In this document: positions 37,101 to 51,189 of the stretch, piece by piece | Numbering within the stretch: the stretch's first letter is position 1 | Layout of the letters: each line of letters starts with the position of its first letter | Origin: Albugo candida | Lineage: Eukaryota | Assembly: GCA_040437565.1 (NCBI GenBank) | Contig: JBDOQK010000079.1 | Location: forward strand, 1-64,000 | Reading direction: 5' to 3' | Length of the DNA: 64,000 nt | Notes under the pieces: generated by a model | Told to the model about the DNA's origin: nothing | The model's database searches: none | The model's input: only the letters and a program-made list of their open reading frames with translations | Position numbers and translations under genes: made by a program

Positions 37101-39539
37101 CGGGTGACACTCGACGCTCCGTGCACTAGCGCTTCTCGCATCGGCTTGCTCTACTTTTCTGTATCTGGCCAGCGTGACGGACCACATTATTTATAGTGCA
37201 CAGTGAAAATCTTTACAAGAAAAAGAATGTTCCTTGATGACGTGTAAACGTGAATAGAGCTTCTGTGTCTTAGCAAACCTTCTTTCTTTTGAGATCGTGC
37301 CGATTGCCCGTGCAGCAATGGTACATATAATACCATCTGATACGAGATTAAAAATAGCATTTTATAGTGATTCCCCTACACAACCCTGAGTTCTCGTGCT
37401 CAACAGATCTAACAAAAAGTGATCTTACTTGCTCACATCTCCTTTGATCATTCCACGTGCCTCCAGTTTTTTTATACATAAAAGCCTCGTCTCCATCGAC
37501 GCACTCATCGAGTTTAATTGAAGGTGATAAGAAGGGTAGTAGATTAGTTCAGTAAATCGTCTTGGGACCAAAGCAGATCAGGTTACATTGCATTTTTATT
37601 GGAGGATGCCTCGATTTGTTATCTATAGTCAGCATCTCACGAATAGCAACGTCTCTGCTTTGATGTCTGTGCGATATACAAAAAGCCATCGTTATGCTTG
37701 TCCTTGCTAAATTCTCGTGCCAGAAAGGTTATGTAAAAGTAAGCATATAAGAATTTACGTTCTCCTCCAAATATATCCATCAACGTCGATATCTTCTCCT
37801 GCTAGAAACCGTTTGAGTGCATCGACGTGAAATCAAACTTCATGGCCCAAGGCAAGTTTGCCAGGCTTGTGTAAGTACATATCTTAGTGCATGTCTGGAC
37901 GTGTGTTATGCTTCCAGCATTCGCATTAGCATAGCTCTTCTCACCAAAAGGACTAAAATACACAATTTCCTCTTCACGTTCTCTTTTTGCCTCCTTACCT
38001 TATCACGTTTTTTGTGCTTTGTAGCGCTTTTGTTCTAAAGAGTACAATTCTTGACAGCTCTTTCTTGCTTTTTCAGATTTCACAGCTGCTCGCCTCTATG
38101 GCTGACTCATCAGCTTCTATGGCGTTTTCGATGCGGCCGATCGCTGGCATCAGCAGTTGGCAGCGGCGCATTTGCAATGTCATCGTGTTCTGTGAGTGCC
38201 AATAGAACACCGCCCGTCAAGGCAATGGCGCGCCTGGGCGACGATATGTTAAATGCGACTGTGAGCGTCACTGTGTGTTTGCTTTCGTTTACCTCATGAA
38301 CTTCTAAAATCGCTGGAACGTCTTATAGTAGGTTGGCAGCCGTCTTCCATGATAAATTCATTGTCTGCATGAAATGTGGTACGAATGGCATGTACTTATC
38401 GTACATCATGCGTAACTAAATGTATGATCTTGAAAATCCAGGCGGAGATGACCTCGTTCACCGTGGCTGGGCCGTTCCACAGACCGTAATCTGGATGCGT
38501 CCACACTTCCTCGTACAATACGTAATTCCCATTAGCCATCGAGAGCGTCAAGAACCATTCTTCCGAACCTCAGCATATTATTGCGGGGTTTGTATGCGTT
38601 ACAACACCATACTGAGTTTATTTAACTCGTCAACATTCTCGATGCGTGTCTCTTCGACAGTTGCGCTTGTGATTGGAACGCTAGGTACTGAATTTCGTTC
38701 CACTTCTAATGTGGTGGGGTTTGCTTGAGTGTTAATTGCAACATTTGCAGTATTTGATACCCACTTCTTTGTCGCCATGCGATACTGAGAGATTAACGTC
38801 CTCATTAGTCGCAGCACAGCCCAATTCACGACTTTTACGGCTCCGTGGAACCATGGAGCTTGCGCTTCTGTAAGATAATGATGGTGATGTTGAAAAGATT
38901 TAATCATGTCATTTTTTAAATGTTTTTCTCAGTCAATCACTTAGGTATAGTGCACTCCAAGAACTTCAAAGCATGTCATCAACGCATCAAATATTGACTC
39001 TGCATGAACAGCTTCGTAGCTTATAATCCATAAGTAATGTGATGCATCGTCTTTTATCACGAAGGCATGATTCTTCCTGCACTGGCATTTCCTTTTCTTA
39101 TGTGCAAACAATTCCAATGAAGCAGATTATTTGTTTATTGGCATGTGTCATTTTGCCTAGCAGTCATGGTACCATGGCACGACCTCGAGAATCACAATGT
39201 AGACATCGTGTAGCAAACATGTCACAGTCCTTCGCATTATTTTCCCCAATACAAATGGCGATTAGACAGGGTGTGCGTGTCGCTACGGAATGGCCAGTTA
39301 GGTTAAAATGTAAATCCACAAAAAATCCGACTTTGAGTCTTGTGATCAATACGACTCTAGAAGGTGGAACCTCTCGTCTCGGATTTTCCACGGTAGCCGT
39401 CAGACACCGTCGCCCCTTTACAAGTATTCGATTTCGGTGGTGTAATGTCTGACAATTAGGCTGATTCTTGTGCCTTTTGTTCGTCAACCACACTTCGACA
39501 TTCTTGGCCGTCCACTTCCTCACAGCTGATCAGCATATG

Positions 39540-42500
39540 ATATAATTGATTCAGATGGTGGCATGCGGCGCCCCCACCTGGACAGTAAAATCCACCCAGA
39601 TATTCGAATCTCCTGGAAGGTCGTAAAGGACGTACTCATAATCATGAGTACCATCTCCAATATATGTAATTCGTCTGCCGCATACATGGGTACTGCTGTT
39701 GTCAGATTATGTAGGTCGAATTTGTCCCGTAGATATCTACGGTCGTTATATCATCGGAATCCACAAGAGAGAGCGAAAATTTTCTCCCCTCTAAGGTTTC
39801 CAGATAAAGAAAAACTCTTTTCTCCACGATTGCTCAAGACTGCGCTGCTCCGCTACATGTTTCACTTAAAAACAATAATGTCTGGTAATCTTATTCCTCA
39901 AATAGACGCTTTGCCGTCTCAATATAAATCTGCGTAGCTACAGCTCCTAAATGGTCCTGATTTCATCCGAGAATACGCACAGTATTTCCTGGGGTTCGAG
40001 ATGTCATAATATAAGCATTTTGATTCCGGGATCATTTCGTTTTCGAATACTTTCACTTTCTTCTGCCACAAAACTACTTCATTCATTAGGCTTATCGCGA
40101 CCTGGCTCCTCTTTCTACCTCTCGCTGTGTCACAGACTCGTTCCAGGATATCTTTAAGCGGCTTAGTCACGGTGTTCTCAACTGGCGTCGCGTTGTACAT
40201 TTAGTTTACTGCACAGAAAGCTGGACTAAATCAGCTCCGTTTTATGGATCAAATGGGGAATTTAGAGACTCGCTTTTGCCCGGGTCGTGTTGGAAACCCT
40301 CTCCAGACATAGCTTTCCCACACCATATCTCTTATTTCTAAAAACGGATATTTCTTGGGTTTGAGCTTTACTCTAGATCCTGGACCATCTCCAGAACCAC
40401 CGCTATCATTGAGTACCAATAGCTCATCCAGCCAAATAAGCTGTGAATTGTACAATACTGACTCGAAAATTTCCTGTCCTGTACTTTCATATTTACGCCA
40501 CGTTATCAAAATCTCCCTTTAGGACTCTGGTTGGCGTGAACACTCTTTCGTAGATGATAAATGAAAACTTCTGTGGCTATTTATTCTTTAATAAAACTAC
40601 CAGTAGCTCTTGAAGATCCCGAGTGATGCCATAGACCTTTTTCCCCGCAAATGATCCAAAATACCTACCTACTGTGACTATGACCATGCCTGATGCTTGG
40701 TCTGTGTGTTTTCTGCCCACAATTCCACGTTCATCCCGATCTCTCCGATATGAGACTTCTTCATTACTACTGAAGGAGAACCCCAAGCACCCATCGGCTT
40801 ATGATACACTAACATCGCCTATCGCAATGTTCCTTCGTGTTTTCATGAACTCTTGATGTTCATTCCGATATCAGTTAATCTTTGCTCTCTGGCTTATCTC
40901 GTACCAGCAACGTTGGAACTCGACAGACGGGTCCAGACCTAGTTACCCACCACGGAAACAGGCGGCGTACTACATAAGCAAATCATACATTTTCTTAGTA
41001 TCTCTCGAGCAGTCCGCTATTCCTAGGTGTCTCACTGCTTGGAGTAACGCGTCTTCCACCTTCTTATCGTCGTGGCCTTTCTCTGCCACATTTGGAAAAA
41101 AGACCAGTTTATAGATGGATTTCCATCTTTCTTGTTCGTCAGCAGCTGGTGGCGCTTCTTTGTCAAGGATTTTTTTACACTGTGTATCTGGTTCTTTAAC
41201 TAACTTCCTTATCCTATCATGATCCCTGACCGTGTGAATGTCACTTAAGTCTGAATTGAAACCTAGGGAGGCAGATATTATCCAACCGTATTGCTTGATT
41301 GGGATCAAACTGCTGCCCGCACTGCCGGAGACCGAACTAACGACTTCCGGCAAGGGGTCCATGTGCTCAAGTGCCCAGCCGATTGAGCTGGGGAGGACCC
41401 AGCTGGTGGCGCTACTACGCCTACCAGGCCTGAATGTAGACTTCCTCTACCGATACTGCGTTTTACATGTCAAATACCGCAATTACAGCTCTATACTTCT
41501 CAAATATGGCTTAAGGCCTGTAACCCAGCTGGCTCATGGCACGAATGATTGAAAGATAAGGCCCAACTATCAGGCTGTGGGTGGGCGGTATCCAACTTCC
41601 TAGGTGCAGCGGTCCGCCGGGAGTATCGACACGTAGATATAACTTTTCAGTCTGTTCATGACTACCGTCTTTCCCGTGAAGCTACCAGCCTCAACAGTAG
41701 GGTACAACTAGTGAATTTGGCTTTAGGACATTATCTCGGACAGTTGTTCCACGTAATTAGGTCCTACGACAGACGTGAACGCTCCGTAGTCTGTCAGCCC
41801 ATCGACACTTTCGCTTGTGCCGATCCTCCCATCTAGCAGGAGCTTATTTTGGACTTCGACCCCNNNNNNNNNNNNNNNNNNNNNNNNNNNNNNNNNNNNN
41901 NNNNNNNNNNNNNNNNNNNNNNNNNNNNNNNNNNNNNNNNNNNNNNNNNNNNNNNNNNNNNNNCAGCTGGCTCATGGCACGAATGATTGAAAGATAAGGC
42001 CCAACTATCAGGCTGTGGGTGGGCGGTATCCAACTTCCTAGGTGCAGCGGTCCGCCGGGAGTATCGACACGTAGATATAACTTTTCAGTCTGTTCATGAC
42101 TACCGTCTTTCCCGTGAAGCTACCAGCCTCAACAGTAGGGTACAACTAGTGAATTTGGCTTTAGGACATTATCTCGGACAGTTGTTCCACGTAATTAGGT
42201 CCTACGACAGACGTGAACGCTCCGTAGTCTGTCAGCCCATCGACACTTTCGCTTGTGCCGATCCTCCCATCTAGCAGGAGCTTATTTTGGACTTCGACCC
42301 CTCATTTTGGGTAACTGCAGCGCCCGAGTGCACGGCCATCTGTAGAGCTCATGCTCTTCGTTAATTCTTATGTAAATAACACAGAGCCCTCGCTAAGCTT
42401 CAGAAACATCGGAGCATTTATCAACACCATACTTTGGAGATCTACATCTCAAACGGCTCTACGAGGGGTCTCAGGTTCGTTTGGTGTGGCATCGGGTTTT

Positions 42501-42590
42501 CCTTCCAAGGGTAACGCACTCTTTTGCTTCAATCTTGGGCTTTTTGGTTTCTATAACTGCGCTGGAATTACACTGTACACGTAAACATTC
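39540..42590 (-). pseudogene. Decayed long intronless ORF of unknown origin
   Basis: Collinear fragments: 40970..41362 and 40577..40786 share a frame, and 40249..40509 and 39919..40200 share another. Protein-like text continues upstream to about 42590 through scattered stops. Confidence 0.45.
41526..42301. other. 100-N gap with duplicated flanks
   Basis: 41526-41863 is repeated at 41964-42301. Confidence 0.9.
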
Positions 42591-43910
42591 TATCGGAGAC
42601 TTTTCGACGGCGACAATAGATGATTAATCGATTGTGCCCGGTCGAAAAGACAAGGAAATTCGAAGCATGTTCACCTGATGAACTAGGAACTTTTAAATCT
42701 TCGTCGACAAGGTGCTGAACTGCAAGATTTCTTTTTGATGGATGACTGGAGCTACAGCGTATTCAATTCTTTTAGCTTTTCGCATCCGTTGCGTCGACAA
42801 TCATTCCTGCAAATTGAACAACTGCTTCGACGGAATTCTTACAACTTACTCAACCTTCCTTTAGATCATACAAGCCGATTAATATATACACCGTCACACC
42901 ACTTGCGACATAAGAAAATGGTATAATGGATAAATTACATCTACTTGCTGAAAACACGAAATCAAAAGGTGGCATCAGGAATCAGATGGATTGGAGAATA
43001 ACGATGTCATATTTGAATTTTCTCAAAATGCCGTCAGTACTACATGAAACAACAAATGTCTTTCCACTGACCAAGAATTACATTATGAAGCTGCTACTCA
43101 TAGTCCGATCACGCAAAATGTTTGGTACAATTTTTGCATGGTGGAAGAACCACATCGGACATTTCGAAAATCGTTTGCAACAGTTTTCGAGATTCAAAAT
43201 GTGTTCGAGACTTTCTTCGAGACTATGGCACATAACGAGGTCAACTTTCCTCGACACATATTACAGCGAGGAAGAGCTGAACGCATCGGATATGGCTGAG
43301 GAAAGATTAATGAGTCGAATGTACAGTGAAGTCACTCATATACTATAGCGTATCCACACAACGATTGATCTCATCACTTAGATCCAACCAAATGCAAGTG
43401 GCAGATCCTTTGTGTGGCAGCACCAATAGCTGAGAGAAAGCCTTTTCCCGTCTATTCCACGCTCTCAATTCTCATGTATTGCGTGGAAACCTCCCAAACC
43501 ATCCAAGAGTAATCCCATGTCAGCGGTTTGGTCATCACGGGAGAGATAAGACGCAATGGATACAGAACGTGGTGGAACAATTATGGCCACATCATGGCAT
43601 GTTCGGAAACGTGTCTTACTTATTTCGAAGATCGATAGTTTTGTCTGGCCTACCGGATGTTGTCGTTTCGATCTCGTTTCTGTTTTCAAAGAATTATCAG
43701 CCGGACATAATAATGTGCACGTAGCCTTCGTGTGGGGCGATGGAATCCGATCAAAATCTCTTTAAGAGTGCGATGACACGGCACAGTAATGAAGGGAGCA
43801 CGTCTTTGTTGGGATCAGTTTTCTCGTTTTGACCACGTTGGTCGCATATTGCATGTGCAATTATGCCAACATTACGGCCGGCATGGAAAGAATTCAGCAA
43901 ATTATAGGGA
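42590..43910 (+). mobile_element. Second, more decayed fragment of the same LINE family (3' part of ORF2)
   Basis: Clear nucleotide similarity to about 3870-5170, for example cattatgaagctgctactc, catcggatatggctga, gatccaaccaaa and cgcatattgcatgtgcaat. Confidence 0.85.
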
Positions 43911-43951
43911 TTATAGAAAAAATATACCAAGACAATAATAAAATAAAATAA

Positions 43952-45222
43952 GGTCACTGCTATCTGTACCCCCCCCTTTGCTATTTGTACACTTCCCTGA
44001 TTAATAACCAATCAAAAGCCTGCAAAGACTTCCTCGCGTCGCGAAACTTTTTGGACGCGTAGTTTCCTCCTCTTACGAATCTTTTGTAACAAATTCGTCA
44101 GTTAAGTGCTGGTGTTGCGCCTTCTCACACACTTTTGACAATGACCGCAAATTGTACACGACACTTATCACTTGAAGGATACAACACTCCTACTCTTTCT
44201 AATTATTGTCATTCGAGTGCATAATAACTCGAGCAATCTTCAATGCGGGATAGGAGAGACACCTCGATAGACCGTCTTGTGTCTTTTCACATACTCTTGA
44301 AGCTTTTCAAGCCATCCAGAATTGCTGAATGTTTTTATCTCTCATGAAAGCTTTTTCCTCAAAGCATCACACACTATGCTTACACTCGTCTCTGATCAGC
44401 TGACATCTTAACTAAGATTATGTTCTTACACAGCCACAATCTGAAGTGATTGATCAGTATGTCTGCTTCGAGGAGTCCGAGACAAATGTTCTTTCACGGC
44501 TAGGCTGAAGTCTTTATGATTATAAAAAGACTTTGCCGTGGAACATGTCTCCTAGTTGCTGGATTCGGTACATGCACCTGTTGTATATAGGTTAATTTCA
44601 TTCTTTTAAGTGTATACGAGTCATTCAGACAGATTCTCCCGATTTGTCACTGGAAGAATCATCTTTTGGCAAAAGGTTCAAGCAACGTTTTGTGTCGCCG
44701 TTTTTGTATTTATAATGGTGCCGCTTAAATGAATGAATGATGTTCGGTACTGCACTAGACGACTTGGCTCGCTGTGACATAGGCTCTTTTTGTATATGAA
44801 GCCACCGATACATTCTATTTTAGAATTAGTCGCATTTTTATTTAATTTATGTGTGTTCAAGACTCTCTATAGATGCTACAACACTGCTTTTTAGCAGGAA
44901 GCAATTGATCACTTCTAAGATAAGACAAAAGACCATTTTTGCGACATCAAACCCTTTAGATTCAGCAAAAAAGCTGAATTTGTGCAGCAAAGATCGGAAG
45001 AGAAAGAGTATGACTTCGTCGAAGCGAGTATTGTTTTTCTAAACGCTGCTTTTTTGTTTTTTATTCGTTGATGGTCTCGACTTTGCTACTTAGACAAAGG
45101 TGAAACAATTATTTACACGTCCGAACAGTTTCGCGACGCGAGGAGGAAGTTTTCCAGGCTTCTGATTGGTTATTAATCAGGGAGTGTACAAATAGCAAGG
45201 GGGTGTACATATAGCAGTGGTC
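43952..45222. mobile_element. Non-autonomous Mutator-like element with ~110 bp terminal inverted repeats
   Basis: Left end ggtcactgctatctgtac...ctgattaataaccaatc...cctcgcgtcgcgaaact is the inverse of the right end agtttcgcgacgcgagg...gattggttattaatcag...gtacatatagcagtggtc. Same TIR family as 47150-49902. Confidence 0.8.
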
Positions 45223-45599
45223 TAAAAAATATACCAAGACTGTATACTCTATGTACGGATATACACGTGCGAAGATTATGACGAGAAAAAACAGTCTTGG
45301 ATGAAAACGCTCTGATCAAAAATGCCCTATGTAGTAAGTATGATAAAGCATACAATTACGCGTCCCTTATCGCACAGGTCCTACGATTATGGCCAAAATG
45401 GTTGCACATTTTACATCTCGTTTAACGCTTTTCTATTTTCTTAGTAGCTTGTTGCGATGGAATCCGCTTCTTCTTTGGGTATTTTTTTCGCAAAATAGTT
45501 GGAGTGTTGCTTGCACACACCTCTTGAAAATATATTTTCCACCACGCTTGACATATCTTATCTTCAAATTTCTCAGAATAAGCGGCCGCTAACGTCGAT

Positions 45600-47100
45600 G
45601 TTTTCCTGGAGTCATGGAAATACGTGGCCATAATGGGCATTTACTCGAATGCTGCAATATTAGTAATGCATGAGTGCAAGGCTAGTCAACATCTTCGAAG
45701 TACCCACAAGAGCATCGCGCAGCTTTATCACGAAACTGAGCTGCAAACTTCACCGGAATACTTTCCACCTCTGAGCGGATTTCGACGATGGAGCAACAGG
45801 TCGAGCATTCATCAATTTCACCCCACCTCGCAGCGTCCATTGTTTTATGTGGTACATATGTGGTTATTACTCTCCGGCCTTTCTCTTCGCTGATATTCCA
45901 CCTCACTTGCACACCGCGTAACGTTCAATCACCATTCGCCAGTCGATGACCGGAAGACTCAAATTCCCTCAACATTGCTGCTTACCGCCTTCACGTTGTT
46001 CGATCTCAAAGTGATGTATCTTGGACATGGTGAGTGAGCTGTTGATCAGTTTTTCACGCCCAACTTCCTGAAGCCACACCAGCGCACTGCTGTTCAAATT
46101 GGCGATATTTGCTTTCGCCTTTTTCGTACTTCATCGTTGTTCGTAGACCAGCAAATATCCATGCCAAATGCTTCAAAAACTTGGACTTTTGTTCTTGAAA
46201 TTTTCCATTAAAGCCGGAAGCAGAAATTGTCTGGGACGTCTGGTGCCAATGTGTGCATAGCCTGCATAAGTCTTTTGTCTCTATCCGATATCACGAATGT
46301 AGGAGATGGCTGGAGGGGAGAGAGTAGAAAATTCAAAAACCAGCTTCAGTTATTTTCATTATCCACCAACACGAGCCCAATTCTGATAATGGGATCTCGT
46401 TGTTTCCATTTCGAAAGCACGCAACAAGGAGAATCCCAGATGTCTTCACAAATGTACCGTCACAGATCATCCCACAATCACTGTATGACGTATATGCTTG
46501 AAAATCCCCGGAATATGATAATAATCCGCATGAATTCATTGAATACGATTTTAAGCTTGGCTTCGTGGCCTGGAATGTTTTGTGCAGCCATGCAGGATGG
46601 AATGAGGCTGTATTGCTCAATATCACTTCCGCATACCTCAAGCTTTAACTTTTCTAGTGCGTGAGCGCACTTCATATATGTGCCGGAAATCCCTTCGTTC
46701 TTCAACTTCGTTTTTATCATCACGGGAGTCGCTTTCCTACAGGAGATTATGGCCATATCTCTGACTGCAGGATTTACAGTAATTTGTTTCGCAGTTGTAT
46801 ATCTACGAGACGCCTTTGACGATTCGGATACTTGAAAGAAGTATAAAAAAACTTTGTTGGAGAGCTGAAGGTCTGCGAAAAAGCAAACTACACAACGAGG
46901 AAACTGCCATGCTGTGTGCACACTGCTTCATAACACCGTTTGTCACTTTACACCACACGAAAAAAGCGGGACGGTTACATTTTCGGTTTTACTCAATTAC
47001 TGGTTTAATGATATTTTTCATTGGCATAAATCATGTTCTCGAAGGAGCTGCTGCTAGTTTGCTGTTCCTCGTCGTCGCTTTTAATCGCTGGTATTGAAAT
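45600..47100 (-). mobile_element. Decayed MuDR/MULE-like transposase fragment
   Basis: VISDRDKRLMQAMHTLAPDVPDNFCFR at about 46215-46295 resembles the MULE ISDRxKGL...P...C motif, and TLRSNNVKAV resembles TSNxAES. Fragmented ORFs, ends not found. Confidence 0.6.
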
Positions 47101-47149
47101 TTGCAATGTGTATATTCGTACGTATAGTGTACAGCCTTGATATATTTTT

Positions 47150-49902
47150 GGCCACTGCCAAATGAACACACACACACCTTTGCTGTTTGTACACCCCCAC
47201 CCTGATTAATAGCCAATCGAAAGCCTGGAAAACTTCCTCGCGTCGTGATACTGTTCGAACTTGTAGATAACTGTTTCACCTCTGTTTTCAACTACGTGCT
47301 ATGCCACTGGTGGTGAAAGTGGAACATGTTGAAGAAATGATGACGAAGCCAAATGGAAATACGTCGACTACATAACATTGTTGTATTGTAGCGAGGCGTC
47401 TCGTAGCTAGCTGAGGAAAAAATCAATATATCACTTGTTCTTTTGGAAACACAAGACCGTGTTCTAGTTCGCTTCCCCTGTGTCATGTCTGTCGTAACAG
47501 CACCAGGATTTAACAACTGGAAGCACCCCCTTCTATGTAGAACATTTTATTTTTCATTGTTTGCAACATAGGACATGTATAAATTCAACTATACACAAGA
47601 TGCACTAGACAAGGATTGAAGACATGTCCGTCTATCATGCCCTACTCTCTTGCACTGACTACATTTCCGCTAGGGTTGAGGTTGACTTTTAGCATGCTCA
47701 AACAAAGACGGATCTCGCCTAGTGGAAGATCCAGCTCCTACCGGGCGGCCACGAGTACGTACAATAGCTGGTTCTTGGACCAGTAATGTTTTGGAATTGT
47801 CCAGTGAACCCAGAGCAGCAGTCAAAAAGATCTGCTGGTGTGGATTCATTGCCTGTTGGCGCCTTCCCAACCGTGTGATCATCTCAGAAAAATCAGATAC
47901 CTCGTGCTGAGATTCCACTGGACGAGGCCGCTGCAACCACCAGTTTTGTTAAAGTGAGACATTTCTAACTGAGAATTGTTCCTTAAAATTGTGCGTAAAT
48001 CATGCTTGCAAGGAAGGCCTATTGTTTTCACAAAAGTTCTGGTGCAAGGCGATGAATCTTCCGGAGAAATTGAGATCTCATACTGCTGGTGGCCCTGAAC
48101 GAAGAGGCCAGCAAACAAGCTGAAGTCCATCAGTGGTCATTGCATCCTCAAAAATAAAATGATCGATAATCTACTTTCTTCAAAGAGTACTTGGACACCT
48201 TCCGCACAGCGTTTTCTCAAAATGGTGATAAGCAATCGCATGGGGTTCGCATACTTTCTAAGGCAATGCATCTGCTAACTTCTCTGCGTTGCGCCTGCCC
48301 AGATAAAACCATTTTCCCGTAAACTTCATGAATATCGGATGTGGCACAGTGATCCGTTGTTTTAAGTAGCTGTGACTTCTTTCATCCCTAGATGTGACAT
48401 TGTGATCAAAATGGACGTTGCATCTTGTCCACGCCACAACAAAACGTTCCCGGTGTGGTAGCCAAGTAGATTGCACATCTCGCAAAACGGCTACACGCTT
48501 TTTTCTATCGTTATCCAAGCCAATGCATAATCTTCTTCTGTTTTTGCTGAGCTTAACTGTGTCCACTTCTGGAAAACTCATCGTATTCCTCAATTGTACT
48601 GAAATTAGCTTTTGTCTTCGCCAGAATGTTTTTTTTATATGCCATAGGCATATTTATTGATCCAGCTTGGGGGAGAATGCGGCGCACAGCTGTCATCAAC
48701 GAGAGTTCACGATCTAGTATAAAGTAGTGTGCTGCAAACGGAAGAAAAGTATCAATACCTAATTGGCTGGATGCTAAAATTAAAAGAAAAGAGACTTACA
48801 GAAGTGAAGAGTGACTTAAACACATGCCTGAATTCCACTAAGCACGTGCATAATCATTTTCGCACTCTTTTGATAGAAAGCAAAAGGATAAGTAAAATCG
48901 TCTGATTTGTGAGAGTAACGCCAACAATGTGCAATAACGGCATTTTATATCTAATTGAGTAATATTGACTAAAACATCTAATTTGAAATTGAATGCGGCA
49001 CAATGCACAATTACCTGTTGGTCTTGTAAGTTGAATTCATCACAAAGATTGAATTAGATGTGAATTCTTTCGCCACAGATATACCAGCTTTGAGTGCAAT
49101 AAACAAGGGACGTAAACGTCCGGCGTAGTCACAGCTTGCCCTGTGATGAAAATTCTATTCATCCAAAAGGTCCAAAAGAGCTTCAATTGGGCGACGGCCG
49201 TCCAAAGCATTGGTACGCACCTAAGTGAAAGATAGTTGGCACAGTGTTCACTGTCCAACATATTCGTTGTCGCTGACAATTGTGGTGTACCAACTTTTCT
49301 TTTACATTATACATGTCCTTCCCAATCGTTTGGTCTGCTTGTCGCAGACTAGCCAGTATCACTCTTGGTGTTGCTCCTGCCCGTGACATGTCAGCTGTTG
49401 ATTGCTGCTGTTCAGCACTTTACATTCGGTGAATTGGGTACGCGGATAGGTCATCCGCTGTACCGTGACCTTGATGGATGTCCAAGTCTCACTATGGTTG
49501 CCTTCCATGGGCAACCTGTACGCATGGAGGATGTTTTTCGCAGGCCTTGACCGTTCCTCTTGTACGGCCCCCCTTGTGCGCACTTGAGCAGACTTTTCTT
49601 ATCTCTGTTCCTGTTTTTTTGGAGCGCGAACGCCATGGCATAGCCCTGACTTTTAGCAAACTTCTGCACAGAAACTTCGACAATTTCCAAGGAGGCATAC
49701 TGCGCTGAAGATGGTGCTTCGATTGGCATAGCGGGGAGTTGAATACAGAGGTAAGAACAAAGCTGAAACACAGGTGAAAGCAGAGATGAAAACTACGCGT
49801 CAGAACAGTTTCGCGACGCGGGAGGTATTCCAGGCTGTTGATTGGCTATTAATCAGGATGGGGTGTACAAATAGCAAAGGGGGTGTTTATTTAGTAGTGG
49901 CC
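47150..49902 (-). mobile_element. Full-length but decayed Mutator (MULE) DNA transposon
   Basis: TIRs ggccactg... (47150) and ...tagtggcc (49902), with near-identical 9-bp flanks tatattttt / tattttttt. The transposase is broken but shows FAR1-like FAKSQGY..C..GG..RTGCPW, CLWHI, WLPHRERFVVAWT, SWIM-like GLPCKH, RGRP and a terminal Zn knuckle. Confidence 0.88.
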
Positions 49903-51189
49903 TATTTTTTTCAGAATCCCTAATTTACACTCACATCACATGATTGATAATCACCAATAGAAATTGGATATCCTGGTCCATTTATTGCCTTTTCACAGAT
50001 GAAGGGACCCCCAGACACATAGTACGTATTACCCTTCCGATGTGGGCGCTGAAGGCCTCACACCGTAAATCGACTCCCGTTGACGTGCTCGGTATATCGT
50101 GCTGAAAAGTGAAGATCCTGCCGGTAGCAGCATCCCTCAATACCGTAAACATCGCCCATCTTCTCGTCAACACAATCGAGATATAATCAGCTACCAATCA
50201 AAAATTAATGTTCTTGGGTATCAAAGGGAGGTTTGTGACCATTTCATAATCTATATCTGCTCAGCTTGCGATAGAGCATGCTCAACACAGATCCAACTGC
50301 GCTCAGTGTTTACGCAATGACTGCGATAGCAGTGGGTGCGAAGTGTTGGAGAGTGCAACGGATTGCGTGGATAAAATATGTACTTATGTATAGATCAGCC
50401 CCGAAGAGAAAATCTCTACTCTTTTGAAAGCATAATTTCTCTTTCAAGAATTTCTCCTTCACTCTCGTCATCGACGAAGTAGATAGATGACAAGCTCTTT
50501 TATTAGCCGAGCGATCATGCTTACCATCGATCAAGTGCACGGCTATTCCTACTTGAAAGTCGACGTCAAATGAGATTCTGTCGAGGGCTAGATTGGAAAT
50601 TCGTAGGTGAGATGTCTGCAAATTTTTAAAACTGACATGTCAGCAACGGCATATAGTTACATGTACCATCAACGTGTCTATTTCTAAGTCGCAAGTTGAT
50701 AGAAGTAAGGTTGGAACCTAGAGTGGTGCTATTCTTACCGCGAAGTGCATATGAGTGATATGTTATAACAAACATGCCGTCACTCTTAGCGAATGGTTCG
50801 CGGTGCGTTCGGTACAGAGGTTTTCCTCGTTTCGCTACACAAGATTCGATGGAATGGTGGACGAATTTTTTCTCCTGGATCTCTAAGTTGTGAGATCATT
50901 GTTCATTGATTATCAGCAAATTTCCTGAGTACGAATCTTCCCATTGTTTCTATCTTTATACCTCCATAAAATAATAGACGATGGTGGTGCTTTTCATCGC
51001 ACCATATCTTTTTATGTACTCCGAAATGCTGCATGACATCATTGATTATATTTATCAGCTTTGAAAATCCGAACCAATATAAAACCACACACTAAAACTC
51101 ACAAGCAGCTTGTAAGAACAATTCCGATCTAGAATCTCTTCAAGTACTCGGATCGTTAATTGACTACAGACTTTTGATACGACAACCAA

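Noticed and set aside
34300-39500. Scattered 60-137 aa ORFs on both strands
   Set aside because: No recognisable motifs. Probably intergenic or very old decayed sequence.
41526-42301. Two identical 95-aa plus-strand ORFs (41549 and 41987)
   Set aside because: Gap-flank duplication, and antisense to the decayed minus-strand frame.
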